A DNA stretch of 55,172 nt, filler included, from Bipalium vagum (lineage: Eukaryota): NCBI GenBank assembly GCA_037834085.1. It is 3 parts of 3 records of this genome, joined end to end, with 100 filler letters (N's around TTAATTAATTAA, not from the genome) between each part and the next. Parts side by side here need not be neighbours in the genome. Positions count along the whole stretch, not along the records: positions 37,135 to 55,172 come from JBBMKC010043341.1; 2 more parts are not named here. One strand, 5' to 3'. Shown in pieces: positions 53,701 through 55,172 of the stretch. Position 1 is the first letter of the stretch. Every line of letters starts with the position of its first letter. The notes beneath the pieces were generated by a model. The model worked only from the letters and a program-made list of their open reading frames with translations. It was not told the DNA's origin and searched no databases. Position numbers and translations under genes: made by a program.

Positions 53701-55172
53701 TTTTTTAAGGTAACAGACTTCAAAGAAGGTCAATTTTATAAAACATTTTTTTCAACTTTTAATGAAAAAGAACGACTTCAAAAGGCACTGATAGATAAAA
53801 ACTGTCTACGAAAAGTTGACTAGTTAAATTTAATTTCTACGAAAATCATCACAAAGTTAACTTGAGATACAGAAATGGTAATAACATCTCAAGTTCAACC
53901 AAGTTTGAATGTTGCTTTTGCATATACATCATGTCATTCTGTTTAGAGAGCAATATTTTGGTCTGTAGACACAGCCTCGATGACCCACAGATAGACAGGG
54001 TAAAGCCAATAATTTTATGCTGACTGCAAAAATCTAACTCTTAGAGCTCCCTTTCACAGATGATGGTTACTTTAGAATATCGTCTTCGGGCCAAAGATCC
54101 CTTCGGCCATCACTCGTATGAGTTAGGAATACCCATGTATTCTCAGCCTTTTCTTGAGAAGGTTATTATGATTAAATATTTGGTTGGGGTGAAGATAAAC
54201 CTAAACGCATCTTCATATCATACGTATCCCATTTAATATCTTTTATTATTATTTATACTTCCTGTTCATATTTTAAATCATCTTGAAACTTTTTTTTTTA
54301 ATTTTGAACGCATTTGTTTTTAATTAAAATAAATTTATTGTATTAATAAATCACCAAAAACGAGAATAATATTCAAAACGATGCTTCGAACAAGACCACC
54401 ATCTATAATGAAGATTTACCAGGGAAACTGATTTGATAGATAAGCATGAAGTAACAATCATGGTCGTAGTAGTTGGAATGGTACCTTAACATATTGAAAC
54501 TATCAGTGAAAACAAGGAGAAAAAATCGATGTCAACAGCAATGAGAAAAAAACAGTTTTGCTTTAGCTATACCAACGAACACGAAAATATATACTACATT
54601 TAATTCCCTTTCAGACGCCAAGACCAACTTTTCTTGTGCAAGTACCGGACGAATATTTACGAAATCAGGAGACGGTTTTTTTTATGTCCTAAAAACGGTT
54701 TATAAATGTTGATTCAGATCACTTGACATAAGTTGTACAAATTGAGCATCATGCAGAACAAGTCCGTACTTGTTCCTCTACGTCAATCAAATACGTCTGA
54801 TGCGTCAGCTGCGTTGCTACCAGACGTACTGCTTGGTCATTCTGTAGAATAGAGGAGACAAAAGGTGATGCAATGCGAAAATATAAGAAAAAAATAGTTG
54901 ATATAGGGGTTCCACTGGGACGAGACTATTTAGAAGGATATGAAATTACATTGGATTACGAATTGTTTCAATTGAGTCTAATTTATTCATTCTATTAATG
55001 AAAATGACTGAATAAAAAATTCGAATTCTCATTTTATTTTAAATTAAGTCTATTTTTATTAATTAGTGTATCAGAACGCAAATTATTAACATGTAAAGTC
55101 TAACTCCTAATATTTTTTGTTATTCATTCTGTACAATTGATGAATATTCAAACAATTTTTAATTATCAAACC

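Overview
AT-rich eukaryotic (animal) genomic scaffold, not prokaryotic. Short introns (37-87 nt) alternate with kb-scale introns full of transposons. An invertebrate such as a flatworm is my inference only. Five spliced genes could be rebuilt by hand with consistent reading frames: a FoxN2/3-like forkhead factor (-), ARPC4 (+), a class I phosphatidylinositol transfer protein (-, 7 exons, one GC-AG intron), PQLC1/SLC66A2 (-) and WDR13 (+). Most of the rest is decayed transposons: pogo/Tigger elements including a MITE, mariner DD34D, DD41D rosa-type, Chapaev3-like and Ty3/gypsy fragments. There are three 100-nt assembly gaps, two of them carrying an artificial TTAATTAATTAA linker. I found no convincing new multi-gene biological system. 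The best leads concern gene structure and transposons: the GC donor, tandem acceptors, a forkhead domain with mixed N/J features, a GC-rich intron-poor WDR13, and nested or chimeric TEs. Reference-protein comparisons are from memory, not from a database search.
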